56,710 nucleotides of DNA from Chiloscyllium plagiosum (lineage: Eukaryota), in contig NC_057719.1 in assembly GCF_004010195.1 (NCBI RefSeq), positions 46,980,470 to 47,037,179 on the forward strand, read 5' to 3'. Under the pieces are notes generated by a model. That model had not been told where the DNA came from, made no database searches, and was given only the letters and a program-made list of their open reading frames with translations. The position numbers and the translations under genes are program-made. This document shows positions 12,561-24,289 of the stretch, in pieces (within the stretch, counting starts at the first letter, position 1; every line of letters begins with the position of its first letter).

Positions 12561-13860
12561 TCAATTTTCTTGTGGAAGGTGACTCAGTAATTTATCCCAA
12601 TTTTTGACAACTTCTTCATTCTCCAATTTGATTTGAGGAATGTCCAATTCAGAATCCTCTGAACTTGGTTCTTCCTTCTGTGCTGCGATCATTAACACCT
12701 TCTCCTCTTGCTTTCCTTCCCTATCAAAATACTTTTTGAGCATATTCACATGACACACTCTCTGAGATTTCTTCCTGTCTGGAGTCCTTATCAAGTAGTT
12801 CACCTCACTCAATTTCCTCTCGATTTGATAAGGTCCGTGAAACCAGGCTTTTAAAAGCTCATCTGTTACAGGAAGTAACACCAATACCTTATCCCCAATG
12901 GCCAAAGTGCGAATTTGTGATTTCTTATCCACTTCCTGTTTCATTGTATGCTGTGATACTTTTAAATGCCAGCTAACCAGCTCTTCAGCTTTACAGCTCT
13001 ACTTAATCATTCTCTAAAATTTGGCAAATAGTCCAAACGTGTGGTCTCTGCATTCTGACTTATTAATTTCTTCTGAATCAATTTTAATGGTCATCTTACT
13101 TCATGCCCCAAAATTAATTCAAATGGATTGAATTTGGCCAATTCATTTGGTGCATCTCTGATCGCAAAAGTACCAAAGGAACTCCTTTATCCCAATCATC
13201 TGGGTAATCCTGACCATAAGCCCTCACCATGGTCTTTAATGTTTGATGCCATCTCTCTAGTGCTCCCTGTGACCCTGGATGATATGCAGTAGATTTGAAT
13301 TGTTTTATTCCCAAGTTATCCATAACCTCCTTGAATAGTTTGGATTTGAAGTTTGATCCTTGATCTGACTGGATCTCCACTGGTAGTCTGTTTCTAGTAA
13401 AAATTGTAAGTAATTCTTTTTAGCTGTGATGTTGCATAATGGATTGCCTCTGGAAATCTAGTCGACATATCCATGATTATCAATAGATACTTATTCCCAC
13501 CTTTGTTTGAGGTAGGAGACCTATGCAATCAATCAAGACTTGTGGAAGCCTCCTCAACTGTTGGAATTGGTATTAAAAGTGCAGGTGTTATTACTGCCTG
13601 TAGTTTTCCTATTAGCTGACATGTATGACACGTCTGGCAAAATTCAATCACATCCTTGTGTAGTCCAGGCCAGTAAAAATGTCTTTGTATTTTAGCATGT
13701 GTTTTTCTCACCCCTAAATGATCTCCAAGTGGTGGCTCAAGAGCCACTCGCAGCACCTCCATTCTATACCTACTGACAAAACAATTTGATGAATCTCTGT
13801 CCATTTCTCATCTGCTTGAATGTGTGATTGTCTCCATTTCCTCATAAAGACATCATTTGT
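12561..13860 (-). pseudogene. pol: integrase (zinc-binding, DDE core, GPY/F region) located upstream of RT
   Basis: DHLGVRKT..HFYWPGLHKDV..CQTCHTCQ, EIQSDQGSNF, AYHPGSQGALERWHQTLK and FHGPYQI. Confidence 0.88.
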
Positions 13861-14086
13861 TAAGTAATGATACACAGGAAGGCATTCACTCTCCTCCTCT
13901 GTGTATGCCTTTTGATATAACTGTTTTAAGCTCTCATCTTTCTGCTGTAATTCAATCAGTTTAGCAAAGCTAAAGGTAATTACATGTTTACCTATTTGCT
14001 ACTGCCCTGTGCCACTTATCTGACCAAAAAGGTCTTAGACAAAGCTATGTCAGCTTCCTTATCTGTGCCTTTTGATCTCTCTGGCT

Positions 14087-14500
14087 TCAACTTGTGCCTC
14101 TGTGTTCTTGTGACCACACAAACAGGGAAAATTTTGGGATAACATCCTTCATATGTTCAGTTGTTTGTGTCTCCACTGGCTTTTCAACTAGAATGGGCAG
14201 CACGCCTACTGGTGAATCAACTATTTCATTTGCAAGGACAAATTGTATTCCGGGAGCTGAGAGTTTGTCCAGTACTCCTATCACAAGTTCTCTACTCTTT
14301 TCTGGACACTCTATCCTCACTTTACATAATTGAGCACTTTTTGTCTACCATGAATTCCTGTTACAAGTACCTATTCTGGCAGTAGTCCCTCAGGAGTACA
14401 TATCTCCACATCCTTCAGCATTACAGACTGAGAGGATCCTGTGTCCCTTAATATTGTAACCTCTTTACCTGCTACTCCTGACCTGTGAATAAACTTTGCC
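14087..14500 (-). pseudogene. Aspartic protease remnant
   Basis: ILRDTGSSQS on minus (DTG at 14437-14445), followed by GIQFVLANEI. Confidence 0.75.
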
Positions 14501-14599
14501 CTTGCATGTGTATTTTTTAAAGCAGATTTGGCACTTCCTCCTTAATTAACCTCTGATCATCTTCTACACTCTGAGGCAGTTGTCTAACTTCCTTTGTGC

Positions 14600-15853
14600 T
14601 TTTTGTTACTAGTCCAACAAAACTCCCAGGCTTGTCTGCTTTTCCTACATCTAGCCCACTAACATTGTGATTTTGTGTGGCCCACTTTATTACAATGAAA
14701 ACACCGGAGCTTTTCAACTTCTTTGTTTCCCTCAATGGTTTCTTTTTTACTCTGTGGTAAGTTATCCTTATGATTTTCACTGAGATTTACCTTCCTTTTC
14801 CCCGTGAGGATTTCTCTTTGCCCCAGTTTCTATCCCTCATGGACTGAAATGGATTCTGGAAGCCAAACTGTGTTTTATGGACCAGTTCATAATCATCAGC
14901 CACTTCAGCTGCTAACCTTGTCATTTTAACTCTCTGCTCTTCCACATGAGTTTGCACTATTTCAGGCAGGGAATTTTTGAATTCCTCCAAAATAATTACC
15001 TCTGTAAGGGGATCATAGATTTGCTTGATTTTTAAAGCGCTTAGCCATCTATCAAAATTATTCTGTTTGATCCTTTTCAACTCAATATAGGTTTAACCAA
15101 GGTCCCTCCTTAGATTTCTGAAACATTGTCTATAAGCTTCTGGTACAAGCTCATATGAACTGAAGATGGCTTTTTCACCTCCTCGTACTCCCCAGATACC
15201 TCCTCTGGTGGTGATGTGAATACCTCACTAAACTTACCTACACGTTTCATTTGGATCAACAAAACCCACATTGCCACTGGTCATTGCATTTGTTTTGCCA
15301 CCCTTTCAAATGAGATGAAAAAGGCTTCCACATCCTTCTCATCAAATTTAAGCAATGCTTGAACATACTTAAACAGTTTCTCATTAGGCTTCTGACCACC
15401 AGGGGCTTGCTCATTCTCACTCTCTTCCACACTAAGTCTACCCTCAACCTTTATCTCCAGCCTTTTAAGCTGACTTTCCTTTTTAAGTGTCAGTTTTTGA
15501 AGTTCAAAAGCTCTCTGTTTTTCTTTCTCTGCTCTCCCTTTTTCCCTCTCTTCTGCTTCTAACTGTAACTCAAACTGTTTCATTTCTGATGCCCTTTCCT
15601 TATCTCTTTCCTCTAACTCAAGCTGCTTCATTTGCAATCGAATTCTTGCCATCTCTATAGATTCTGATGGTTTCCCAAGCAAGTTTAAATGCTGAGTTAC
15701 TGCTGTAATTTTCTCTCCTTTCCTCACAGAAGCAGGCAGGTCCAATTCCACCTTCTCTGCTAATTCCTACAGCTTGGTTTTATTCACTTTTTGCAAAATT
15801 TCCAAAGTCACCGCATCCACTTCCAGAAAACCTTTGATGACTGAAAGAGCCAT
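14600..15853 (-). pseudogene. gag remnant: coiled coil, SCAN-like capsid C-terminus, CCHC knuckle
   Basis: ATG at 15853 (MALSVIKGFL), KFDEKDVEAFFISFERVA, ILEEFKNSLPEIVQTHVEEQ..AAEVADDY, and CFHCNKVGHTKSQC at 14662-14703. Confidence 0.85.
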
Positions 15854-15929
15854 TTCTAACCCAAGCTTTGTCTACCCATCCAAACCAACACCCGAAATAA
15901 AGACACCAGCACCTACCACGTGCTGTTTA

Positions 15930-15950
15930 AAATCCTACAAAGAGCCCCCA
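15930..15950 (-). other. Primer-binding site, tRNA-Pro-like
   Basis: TGGGGGCTC...GGATTT starting 3 nt after the 5' LTR. The first 9 nt match the canonical tRNA-Pro PBS (TGGGGGCTCGTCCGGGAT). Confidence 0.7.
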
Positions 15951-15953
15951 ATC

Positions 15954-16593
15954 TGTTATGGACTAGGCCAGACCACTCAAAACATTCTTAAGCAGGCAAC
16001 CCAGACCATAACTTCGTAATTTGTTTTGGTAAGTGTACAGTGAAAATTACCCGGATTAAGTTAGTGAGGTTGACTACCAGGTTTCAAAACAAACAAAACT
16101 TTATTAGCAAAATTACACAATGAAACACAAAGAACAGAATAACAAACCCCTACAGAACTCAGTCTATCCAAACTAGACTTAGTTATGCCATCCCTAATAT
16201 ACACAACAGTCCCAATAAGCAAACCCCCTTAAAGACCAGTAAAAAAAAGGAACAGATGCTTACAGGTTGAAGTTAGAAGGATAGAAAGAGAGAGAGAGAG
16301 TTTCTACACAACTCACTGTTGAACTCCTAACCAGTTCTGGACTGAGCTGCTCAGCTAGAGAGTTGACCACTCCCCTTTCATTATATGGGTAATTTCTAAA
16401 AACATGACCAATTTGGCCTGAAGTCTCATCTGTTTACATATAAACAAAAGGGCCTCTTAATACCGTTTAGTCTCTGTACCAAACCAGTCTAATTGGTGCC
16501 GGGAGTGTTTACAAACCCTCTGAAAAAAACCAAGGGCATAGAATCCTTGAGAAAAGGAACGCTTTTAGAAAAAAAGGGACCAGCTTTGTGACA
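15954..16593 (-). repeat. 5' LTR (640 bp)
   Basis: tgttatggactaggccag...ccagctttgtgaca; differs from the 3' LTR by substitutions and small indels. Confidence 0.95.
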
Positions 16594-17298
16594 ACAGCAT
16601 GGAAAAAGACCTTTCGGTCCAACTCATCCACGCCGACTCAGATATCTTAAATAAATCTAGTCCCATTTGCCATCATTTGGCCCATATCCCTCTAAACCCT
16701 TCCTATTCATTTACCCATCCAGATGCCTTTTAAATGCTGTAATTGTACCAGCCTCCAGCACTTCCTCTGGCAGCTCATTCCATACACGCACCACTGTCTG
16801 CGTGAAAAAGTTACCCTTTAGGTCCCTTTTGTTTCTTTCCCCTCTCACCTTAAACTTCTGGCCCTCTAGTTTTGGACTCTTCCACCCCAGGGAAAAACCT
16901 TGTCTATTTACCATATCCATACCCCTCATGATTTTATGAACCTCTATAAGGTCATCCCTTAACCTCCGCTCCAGGGAAAACAGCCCTAGTCTATTCAGCT
17001 TTTCCATGTAGCTCAAACCCTCCAACCCTGACAACATCCTTGTAAATCTTTTCTGAATCCTTCCAAGTTTCACAGCATCCTTCCTATAGCAGGGAGACTA
17101 AAATTGCACACAATATTCCAAAACTGGCCCAACCAATGTCCTGTACAGCTGAAACATGACCTCTCAACTCCTATACTCAATGCTCTGACCAATAAAATAA
17201 GATATGCCAAACGCCTTCTTCACTATCCTATCTACCTGCGACTCCACTTTCAAGGAGCTATGAACCTACACTCCAAGGTCTCTTTGTTCAGCAACACT
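16594..17298 (-). mobile_element. CR1 (HER1-type) LINE 3' part; its extreme tail lies at ~10073-10102, split off by the LTR element
   Basis: IQKRFTRMLSGLEGLSY..LNRLGLFSLERRLRDDLIEV..FFTQTVVRVWNELPEEV. Confidence 0.9.
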
Positions 17299-17319
17299 AT
17301 TATTTATTCAATAACACAG

Positions 17320-17820
17320 GGAGTTGTCAAGCCTTATGGTCATGCAGAACTACCCTGTTTTTGTCATGGACAGTCATTTCTAAAATATTTTCTAGTAATC
17401 ACGTACAAATCATTTCTAGTGGTTTAGTAAGATATTTTCTAGCCAATCTAGTAAATCTTCTGGAACTGCTTCCAATGCATGAGCATCCTTCCCTAAGTAT
17501 CATAACCAGTAACAGTATTCCACTCTCACCAATGCCCTGTATAACTGAAGCATAACTTGGATACTCTTGCACTCAGTTCCCCTCTCAGTTAAACATAACA
17601 TTCTATTAGTTTTCCTGACCACTTGCTGTACCTCCATTCTAACCTTCTGAAATTCATGCACTAAGACTCTGCAACCTCTCTCCATTTAGATAATCTGCTT
17701 TTTTATTCTTTCTGCAAAAATATACAGTTTCACAGTTTCCCACATTGTACTCCATTTGTCAGATGTTTTCACTCACTTAACCTTTCTATGTCCTTTTATA
17801 AGCTCCTTATGTCCATATTG
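17320..17820 (-). mobile_element. Older CR1 RT C-terminal fragment
   Basis: VQQVVRKTNRML..VMLQLYRALVR.EYC. Confidence 0.65.
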
Positions 17821-18768
17821 TTTCCAAATTTTCTTACAGCATTGGTTTGAGTAGGAAGTTAGAGTTTTATTCAGCAACTGAGACCTTTAATCACTGAAAA
17901 GCAACATCACTCTGCGGAGACATAGTTTCGCACTCAATTCAAATGCTAATGGCGTAAAAGAAGGAATAACCCAACAAGCTTAAGTTCCTGCAGTTGCATC
18001 AATGCAAGACCTCTCACCAAGCACTGCTGATCGAATGGAAGCCAACAGGGAAGAGAAGGATCCGCAGTTTACCTCAAGCATTTCTATACTTTGTCACAGA
18101 TTGTCCTGACCTCCTACTGGCACTGATGAATCAAGTCAGACACTTGGGTGGGAGATGTAAGGAAAAAATGTTCAGTAAATGCTGTTACAAAAGGTAATCT
18201 AGATAACTCATTTGAGTACCTATAAATATTAACCATGGTTTGTGACAGGGTGTGGGTGTAAAATTCTTGGGGAGCATATTGTTTAAGGTTTTTAGGATCC
18301 TGGATCAAACTTCCCATGTCATGGAGCTGTTCCTCACTGGGTGTAAATGGGTGGAGTTAAAAAGAGGAGAGACATATGTATGGAAAGCTAGGCAGAAGCT
18401 AGAAGGCAAGACACTGCATTTTAGAAACATGTACGGAGAAGCATGTGGAGTCGATCATCTAGCATTGGGCAATAAAGTTTACCGAATTGTTTTCAATAAT
18501 ATTAGAGCTTGGCATAGTAATGAACAACATGTAGAACAGAACAGAGCATTGTTACCTGTGTGACCAAACTGCTTTTAATACATTTTCTTCTTTATGTCCC
18601 CCGCCCCAACCACCCCAAACACCCCCCCCCCCCCCCCACAACCCGAGGAAAATGTCTTAGTGAGTTCCCTGGCTCCACAGCTGGAGACAGCCTGCTGTGT
18701 AGTGGAGTCATTGGCCCTGGAGGATTGGTGTGGCACCCCCATGAGGTACTTGTATCCAGGCAGGCCAT

Positions 18769-18931
18769 TGACATTTCGGGCAAAAGTCCTTCATCAGGAA
18801 TAACGAAGGGCTTTTGCCCGAAACGTCCATTTTCCTGCTCCTTGGATGCTGCCTGACCTGCTGTGCTTTTACAGCACCGCTCTAATCTAGACTTTGGTTT
18901 CCAGCGTCTGCAGTCCTCACTTTTTGTCTAG
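18769..18931. mobile_element. Family-A PLE end with short inverted hammerhead arm
   Basis: 18769-18802 minus reads tattcCTGATGAAGGACTTTTGCCCGAAATGTC. 18804-18931 plus reads gaagggcttttgcccgaaacgtc...ctgcagtcctcactttt. Confidence 0.75.
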
Positions 18932-19259
18932 GTAGGCCATGCCTATCCTTAAGCTTCAACTTCCGAGTGTTGAAGGGTCCAGCCACCTCAGCATTGTCAT
19001 AAGTAGAGAAGTCTGCAGGGAGCTGTGTATATATGTCCCATTGAAAAGCTTTGTCTCCTTGTGAGGAAAGAGCAGCTAGCTGTACCAGGTTCCCTGCCTG
19101 GCTGTTGCCATACCTTCAGTCCTGAGACACCATTGGCTGGGCTGTTGGAGTGTAAGGTCTGAGCCTCCAGCAGATTCTATGGGAGCTGAATTTGGCTTCA
19201 CAAAGGCAGGCAGCTGATCACGTGTTTCACTGCACTGCTACAGGTTCAGGGCAATGAGG

Positions 19260-19351
19260 AGAAAGTGAGGACTGCAGATGCTGGACAGTCAGAGACAAAA
19301 TGTGTGGCACTGGAAAAGCACAGCAGGTCAGGCAGCATCCAATGAGCAGGA
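19260..19351 (-). mobile_element. 92-bp family-A PLE end with 9-bp TSD
   Basis: gcaatgagg at 19251-19259 and 19352-19360. Confidence 0.75.
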
Positions 19352-20454
19352 GCAATGAGGGCTAATGTGTCCCACATCCCAGTCTGCTACTCCTGTCCCT
19401 TCCCTGTGCATGTGGATGGAGTCCCTGGTGCCGATACCATTGAGAGTCCTCTCCTGCCTGGGCCTGAGCAAGGGCCTGATCTCTAACAGTCGTCAGAGTG
19501 CCAGCAGCATGGGCTATGTCTTCCTTGGCCAACTGCAGAGCTGTTGCAGTGAGGGGCTTGTGGTGTCCCACTATTTCTGTTCCTATTGTGCTGATGGGGG
19601 GAGGCAGAAGGCAGCCTTGATGCTGCTTTCTCTCAAACCTTTTGGCCTGAGAGGTGAGGAGGTGGTTTCTCAGGGGATCCAGCCATTTCTTCAGAGAGGC
19701 GGTGGGGATACTGGTGATACCTGCAAGTCACAAGATAGAGGAGGCATCATGGCTATTGATCAAAAATGGTGTGCCAGGATTGAGATTGACAGCAGGATTA
19801 CTGTGAGCAGAATGAAGAATGGTACTTCTCTCATGATGTGGAGTGAGGAGCTTAATATCCGAATCCCTTCCACACATGTGGGCTCTCTCTGTTACATTCA
19901 TGAAAAAAAGAGAGGGATTGAGAGAGGTGAAAGTGAATGTTCGTGCTGGTGCAAGTTGGTGAAAACTGGTGGGGTGTCCTGAGGTAATGAATAGGCAGCA
20001 CAGAGGCTATGCAGAGTTAGCAAAGAGAGTGGTTGTAGGTAGTGGGAGTGAGTAAAGGTGGATATTGAAGACAATAGTGAGGGAGTCAGAGCATGAGCCT
20101 TGGTGGGAGGTGGGTGCAAAAGAGTGAGTGTAAGGTAGCAGAGAGAATTTACACCAATGGAGTAGGGAAAGTAATTGACCTTCTTAGGGTAATGCTGGCC
20201 ATTCCTCTGCACTGCAATGTACTCAGAACAGTCTGCCAGAGTCTGGTGGAATGGTGTCCTTTACCGAAACCACATCCTTGACCAGGATCTATTGGGGAAT
20301 CATTGAGCCATTGTCCCCTTTTTCCAACATATTCAGATTCTGTCTGTCAACTTGCGGGCAGCTTGGGAAGGCCAGTTCTTGTCCAGGTATATGGCATCCT
20401 TTTAAAGTTGCTGCAGGCACTAGGGATGTCTATCTTTCAGTAGACACCTGCTGG

Positions 20455-21525
20455 TGATGAGTTGTCCTGGGGCCTGAATCAGAGGTGACAGACACTGTAG
20501 GCAGATAGACAGATGATACAACAAGTTTAGTAAGATATAACAAGAAAACATGCTATGTCTTGCAGTGGAAATCCTTCCAAAGAACTCAACACAGTTTGGA
20601 TTTAGTAAAAACAAGTAGGATCCAGCCTGGAAGTTTTTTTTTATATAACTTTCTGAATATTTTGTGGATACAAAATGAGTTCACCATGTGATTCCTTAAA
20701 AATGAAGCCAGCAATTTAATGTGTGCGTGGATTATGTGCTTTTCACTCAAAATCAAGTGACTTTGGAGAAACAGTTAAGCAACATTTTTGAGAAGATAAG
20801 TGATGGGTTTATTGTCTTAATTACTGAAAAAAATCACCTTATGAAGACTAGAGTCCCTGTGATGATTGTTGCTTAGCAACCCTCTCTGCACTTGGAGTTC
20901 TACAGACTCAAGAATCTGCATAAAGAAGATACAGCTGAAGTGGCAAAATCTCCTGAAATCCTGTTCTCAGTCAGAACCACTGGGAACCTGGCAGAGTTTC
21001 CAAATATCAGTATTTCTGACTACCTGGTGATACCTGAAGGGCCAGACTGGAATCCAAGTTGTTTGGAATCAGAGCTAAACATTCACCATTAACAACAGCT
21101 GGCTTCACTGACAGGAAAAAGTGGACATGAGAAATCATCACATTCAATCCTTTGTTTCCAAACCTTTGGCCAAAAGGGATTGTTTTTTCCATTTTTGCCA
21201 TTTTCAAAAATGCAATCAATTCTCCAGTGACTTGTCATTTTGTATTGTGTGTGTGCATCTGTGTGTGGGATTAAGTGGATATAATTTTAATTCTGGATTA
21301 TAGTTTAGAGGTCAACCTGAGTTTACCACTTGCTTTATGAAGACGTTTTGTTCATAATAAATGCATTATTTTGAGTTCATTGAAGAAGCCTGGTAATTTT
21401 ATTTTGTTTTGGATTATAGTACAAAACAGAAGCAATTGGCCAATTTGATAGATTTATACTAATGGTGAGACTGACAGTAGTGCAGATTGATTATCAGCAT
21501 ACACCCTCCCGTCACAGTCATAACA
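20455..21525 (+). mobile_element. Possible decayed solo LTR (5' boundary uncertain)
   Basis: aataaa followed by a T-rich U5-like region ending cataaca. A similar layout occurs at ~2550-3245. Confidence 0.3.
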
Positions 21526-21614
21526 CTATTTATCCACTTTGATGTCATGTGAGATCATTTTTTTGATTAAGCCATCACAGTTATATTTATATGAGGGCCT
21601 AATTAAATAGAGGA

Positions 21615-21895
21615 AGTTGTGTGGCACAGTGGATAACATCCTTACATCTGAGCCAGAGGCTCTAGGATCTGATCCCATTTTGGCCTCAGAGGGTGCATTC
21701 AAAGCACGGTAAAAGAGGTTGATTCATATCCTATAAAACCTTCTGCTACACTTGATGGCAGGCGATTAGAATCCAGAGTCTCCTGATCAGTCATCCTGTA
21801 GTAGGTGTTGGAAAACCACTGTCGTAATTTACCTGTGAGTGTGGACCAATTCAAGAGAAGTCCATGGCCCACACTTTGAAAAGACCAACACATAA
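21615..21895 (+). mobile_element. Old tRNA-derived SINE remnant
   Basis: tggcacagtggataac A-box-like head; ggaaaaccactg in the 3' part. Confidence 0.4.
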
Positions 21896-22025
21896 TTAAA
21901 TGCCATTAGCTATAAAAGGGTTCAAGCAAGGTAATATTGTGGTATTACAAACAAATTAGGAGCAGGAATAGGGCATTCGGCTTTTTGAGCCTTCAATTAG
22001 ACCATGTCTGAAATGATTTTAGAAG

Positions 22026-22352
22026 AGATTCCCTACAGTGTGGAAACAGGCCCTTTGGCCCAACATGACCACACCAACCCTCCAAAGAGTAACCCACCCA
22101 GACCCATTCCCCTATCCTATTACTCTACATATACCCCTGACTAATGCACCTAACCTACACATCCCTGAACACTATGGGCAATGTAACATGGCTAATTCAC
22201 CTAACCTGCACATCTTTGGATTGTGGGAGGAAACCCATGGAGATAAGGGGAGAATGTGCAAACCCCACACAGTCAGTCACCCACAGAGGCTAGAATCGAA
22301 CCCAGATCCCTGGCACTGTGAGGCAGCAGTGCTAAACACTGAGCCACCATGT
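22026..22352 (-). mobile_element. HE1-type SINE inserted in an old CR1 3' fragment (~21950-22570)
   Basis: Reverse complement of the 6039-6341 family. Confidence 0.85.
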
Positions 22353-23439
22353 CATAACTTCAACTCCAAGTTTCTGACTACCTTGATCATCTTATATTCC
22401 TTTGCTTTTGAAAAATCTACCGACCTAAGCCTCATAAAAGTCAACGACCCTGACTTTACTGCTTTTTGACAAAGGATGTTCCAAAGACTCAACGATCTGA
22501 GAGAAAACAATTTTTGGTATTTCTGTCTCCCGTGGGCGAGCCCTAATTTTTAAACAATGACCCCTGTATCAAAAGTATCTGTTCCATCTCTGGTTGCTCA
22601 ACTGGATGGAAAAATACTTTGAGCTCAAAGTTTAGGTACAGATGTGGCGAACAAGGGAAAGCCCAACTTGTTTGAATCACCTTATCACAAATGTAAAAGT
22701 ATAGGTATTGGCCAATATCAGTTCCAAACTAGGTGTGGAGACTTTATTGATTTGGATTAATACTTGAGACTGTTATTCCTTTACTGCATAAACTCAACAA
22801 ACACTGTGCAGCATTGTGAATGCCGTATCTCCGCCTGATTCACATTCAAGCTTTTCTAGTTAACTTCTGCCCTTAATCTTTCATGTGGCTTCACATTCTT
22901 ATACTGTAACCTGTGAGGTTCAGCTTGTAGAGTCATGCTGACCTCAGCTATTGTCACAACAGTGAGAAAAATCACATCAAAATGGTTTGCTAAAATCAAC
23001 AAAATCTCTATCAATAACATTAGGAAGAAAATGCAATTCAAACTGAATTTGATTTGCTCTTAACTACAATTTTAAAAATAGTTTTAGCTTCTTCCCACCT
23101 ATTGGGAACAGGACAAGAGTGGAGTTAAAATTAAATGATTTACCACCCAATTTGCATTCATCTTAACTTCAGAATATTTTTTGGTGTCTGAGATAGCCTG
23201 AGTAAGTGGAGTGCTGTGATCAAGTGCAAAAGGCTCAGTGTAAAAAATTCCACGCAACACTGAATTCCCTGAAGGCATTGTGACCAACCATGTTGCGTGG
23301 GACTGGAGTCCTCAGTAAAGGAGTCTGGATTCACTCCTTGAAAAATATCAATGCAATAGTTGAATTTTTACAATAATCCAGCAGTTTTCATTATGCTATC
23401 CAATAGATATGTTCAAAACAGATACGTTTCTGATGAAAC

Positions 23440-23582
23440 ATGGGATAAAGAAAGGGCTATGGGGAGCAGGCAGGAAAGTGCAGTTGGGACCAGGATAAGA
23501 AGAGCCATGATCATGTTAAATGGCGGAGTGGGCTCGGAGGGCAGCATTGCCTACTCCTGCTCCTAATTCCCATGTTCCTATC
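23440..23582 (+). mobile_element. Old CR1 3' UTR fragment
   Basis: gccatgatcatgttaaatggcggagtgggctcggagggc..gcctactcctgctcctaattcccatgttccta. Confidence 0.6.
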
Positions 23583-24289
23583 CTCTCTAATGCCAACCCA
23601 CTATTTTAATTCTGCAATGAAAAAAAGAAACTTTACTCTCAATGTTTAATATATATATACAACAACTGACAGCTTTGATCTACATGTTGGGATCCTTCTC
23701 TTTGGAGTGGTTTTGTGCACACCTCCAATTTTCCTCAAATCTGAACGATTTCCTTTGGGCAGTTCTTATTGAATATCCACATTGTGATTCTGAGGGATTC
23801 TGACCAGCAAGTGGGAGCTCATCAATGGAAATTCAGGGAAGCTGTAGTGGGATTGTCAGGTCAGTTACCATTAGCCATGCAGCTCGTGCAGCTCTCATCC
23901 CCACAGTGATCGATGACATCTCTCCCACCCACATCATGGCCGCTTCCACAGCCACTTCCGCCCCTCACAATTCCTCATGCACCACATGTGACATCACTTC
24001 CACCCCTTACATCATCGCTGATATCACACACTCAGTAATTTCCACCACCCCCCTCCCCCACTGCTGTGGTCGCCACCACTTCCGCCCTGACCTTTATCCC
24101 ACTCCGACCATGCATCAATGAATTTAATACGCGCTGTGTGTCGAACACTTCTTCCACCGCCTCAGAGCTTACTTTTACAATCAGGACTCCTGCCCACCTT
24201 CCGAGGACCCCTTCACTCGCCTCCAACACACCCCATCCACCTGGACACCCCGCGCTGGCCTATTACTCACCCTTGATCTCTTAATTTCC

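Larger units (their letters stand above)
10103..16593 (-). mobile_element. Full-length, inactivated Gmr1-like Ty3/Gypsy LTR retrotransposon
   Basis: Two TG...CA LTRs, PBS, PPT, 4-bp TSD actg/acag, and gag-PR-INT-RT-RH order with many stops and frameshifts. Confidence 0.92.
18640..20450 (-). mobile_element. Possible decayed PIF/Harbinger-type remnant (Myb/SANT-like ORF)
   Basis: GC-richer block. Minus-strand WQTV..VQRNGQH..KKVNY near 20170-20240 resembles a decayed Myb/SANT trihelix end. No TIRs confirmed. Confidence 0.3.

Noticed and set aside
19365..19982. 205-aa plus-strand ORF as a gene
   Set aside because: No recognisable domain, starts next to a TE junction and lies in a probable decayed transposon.
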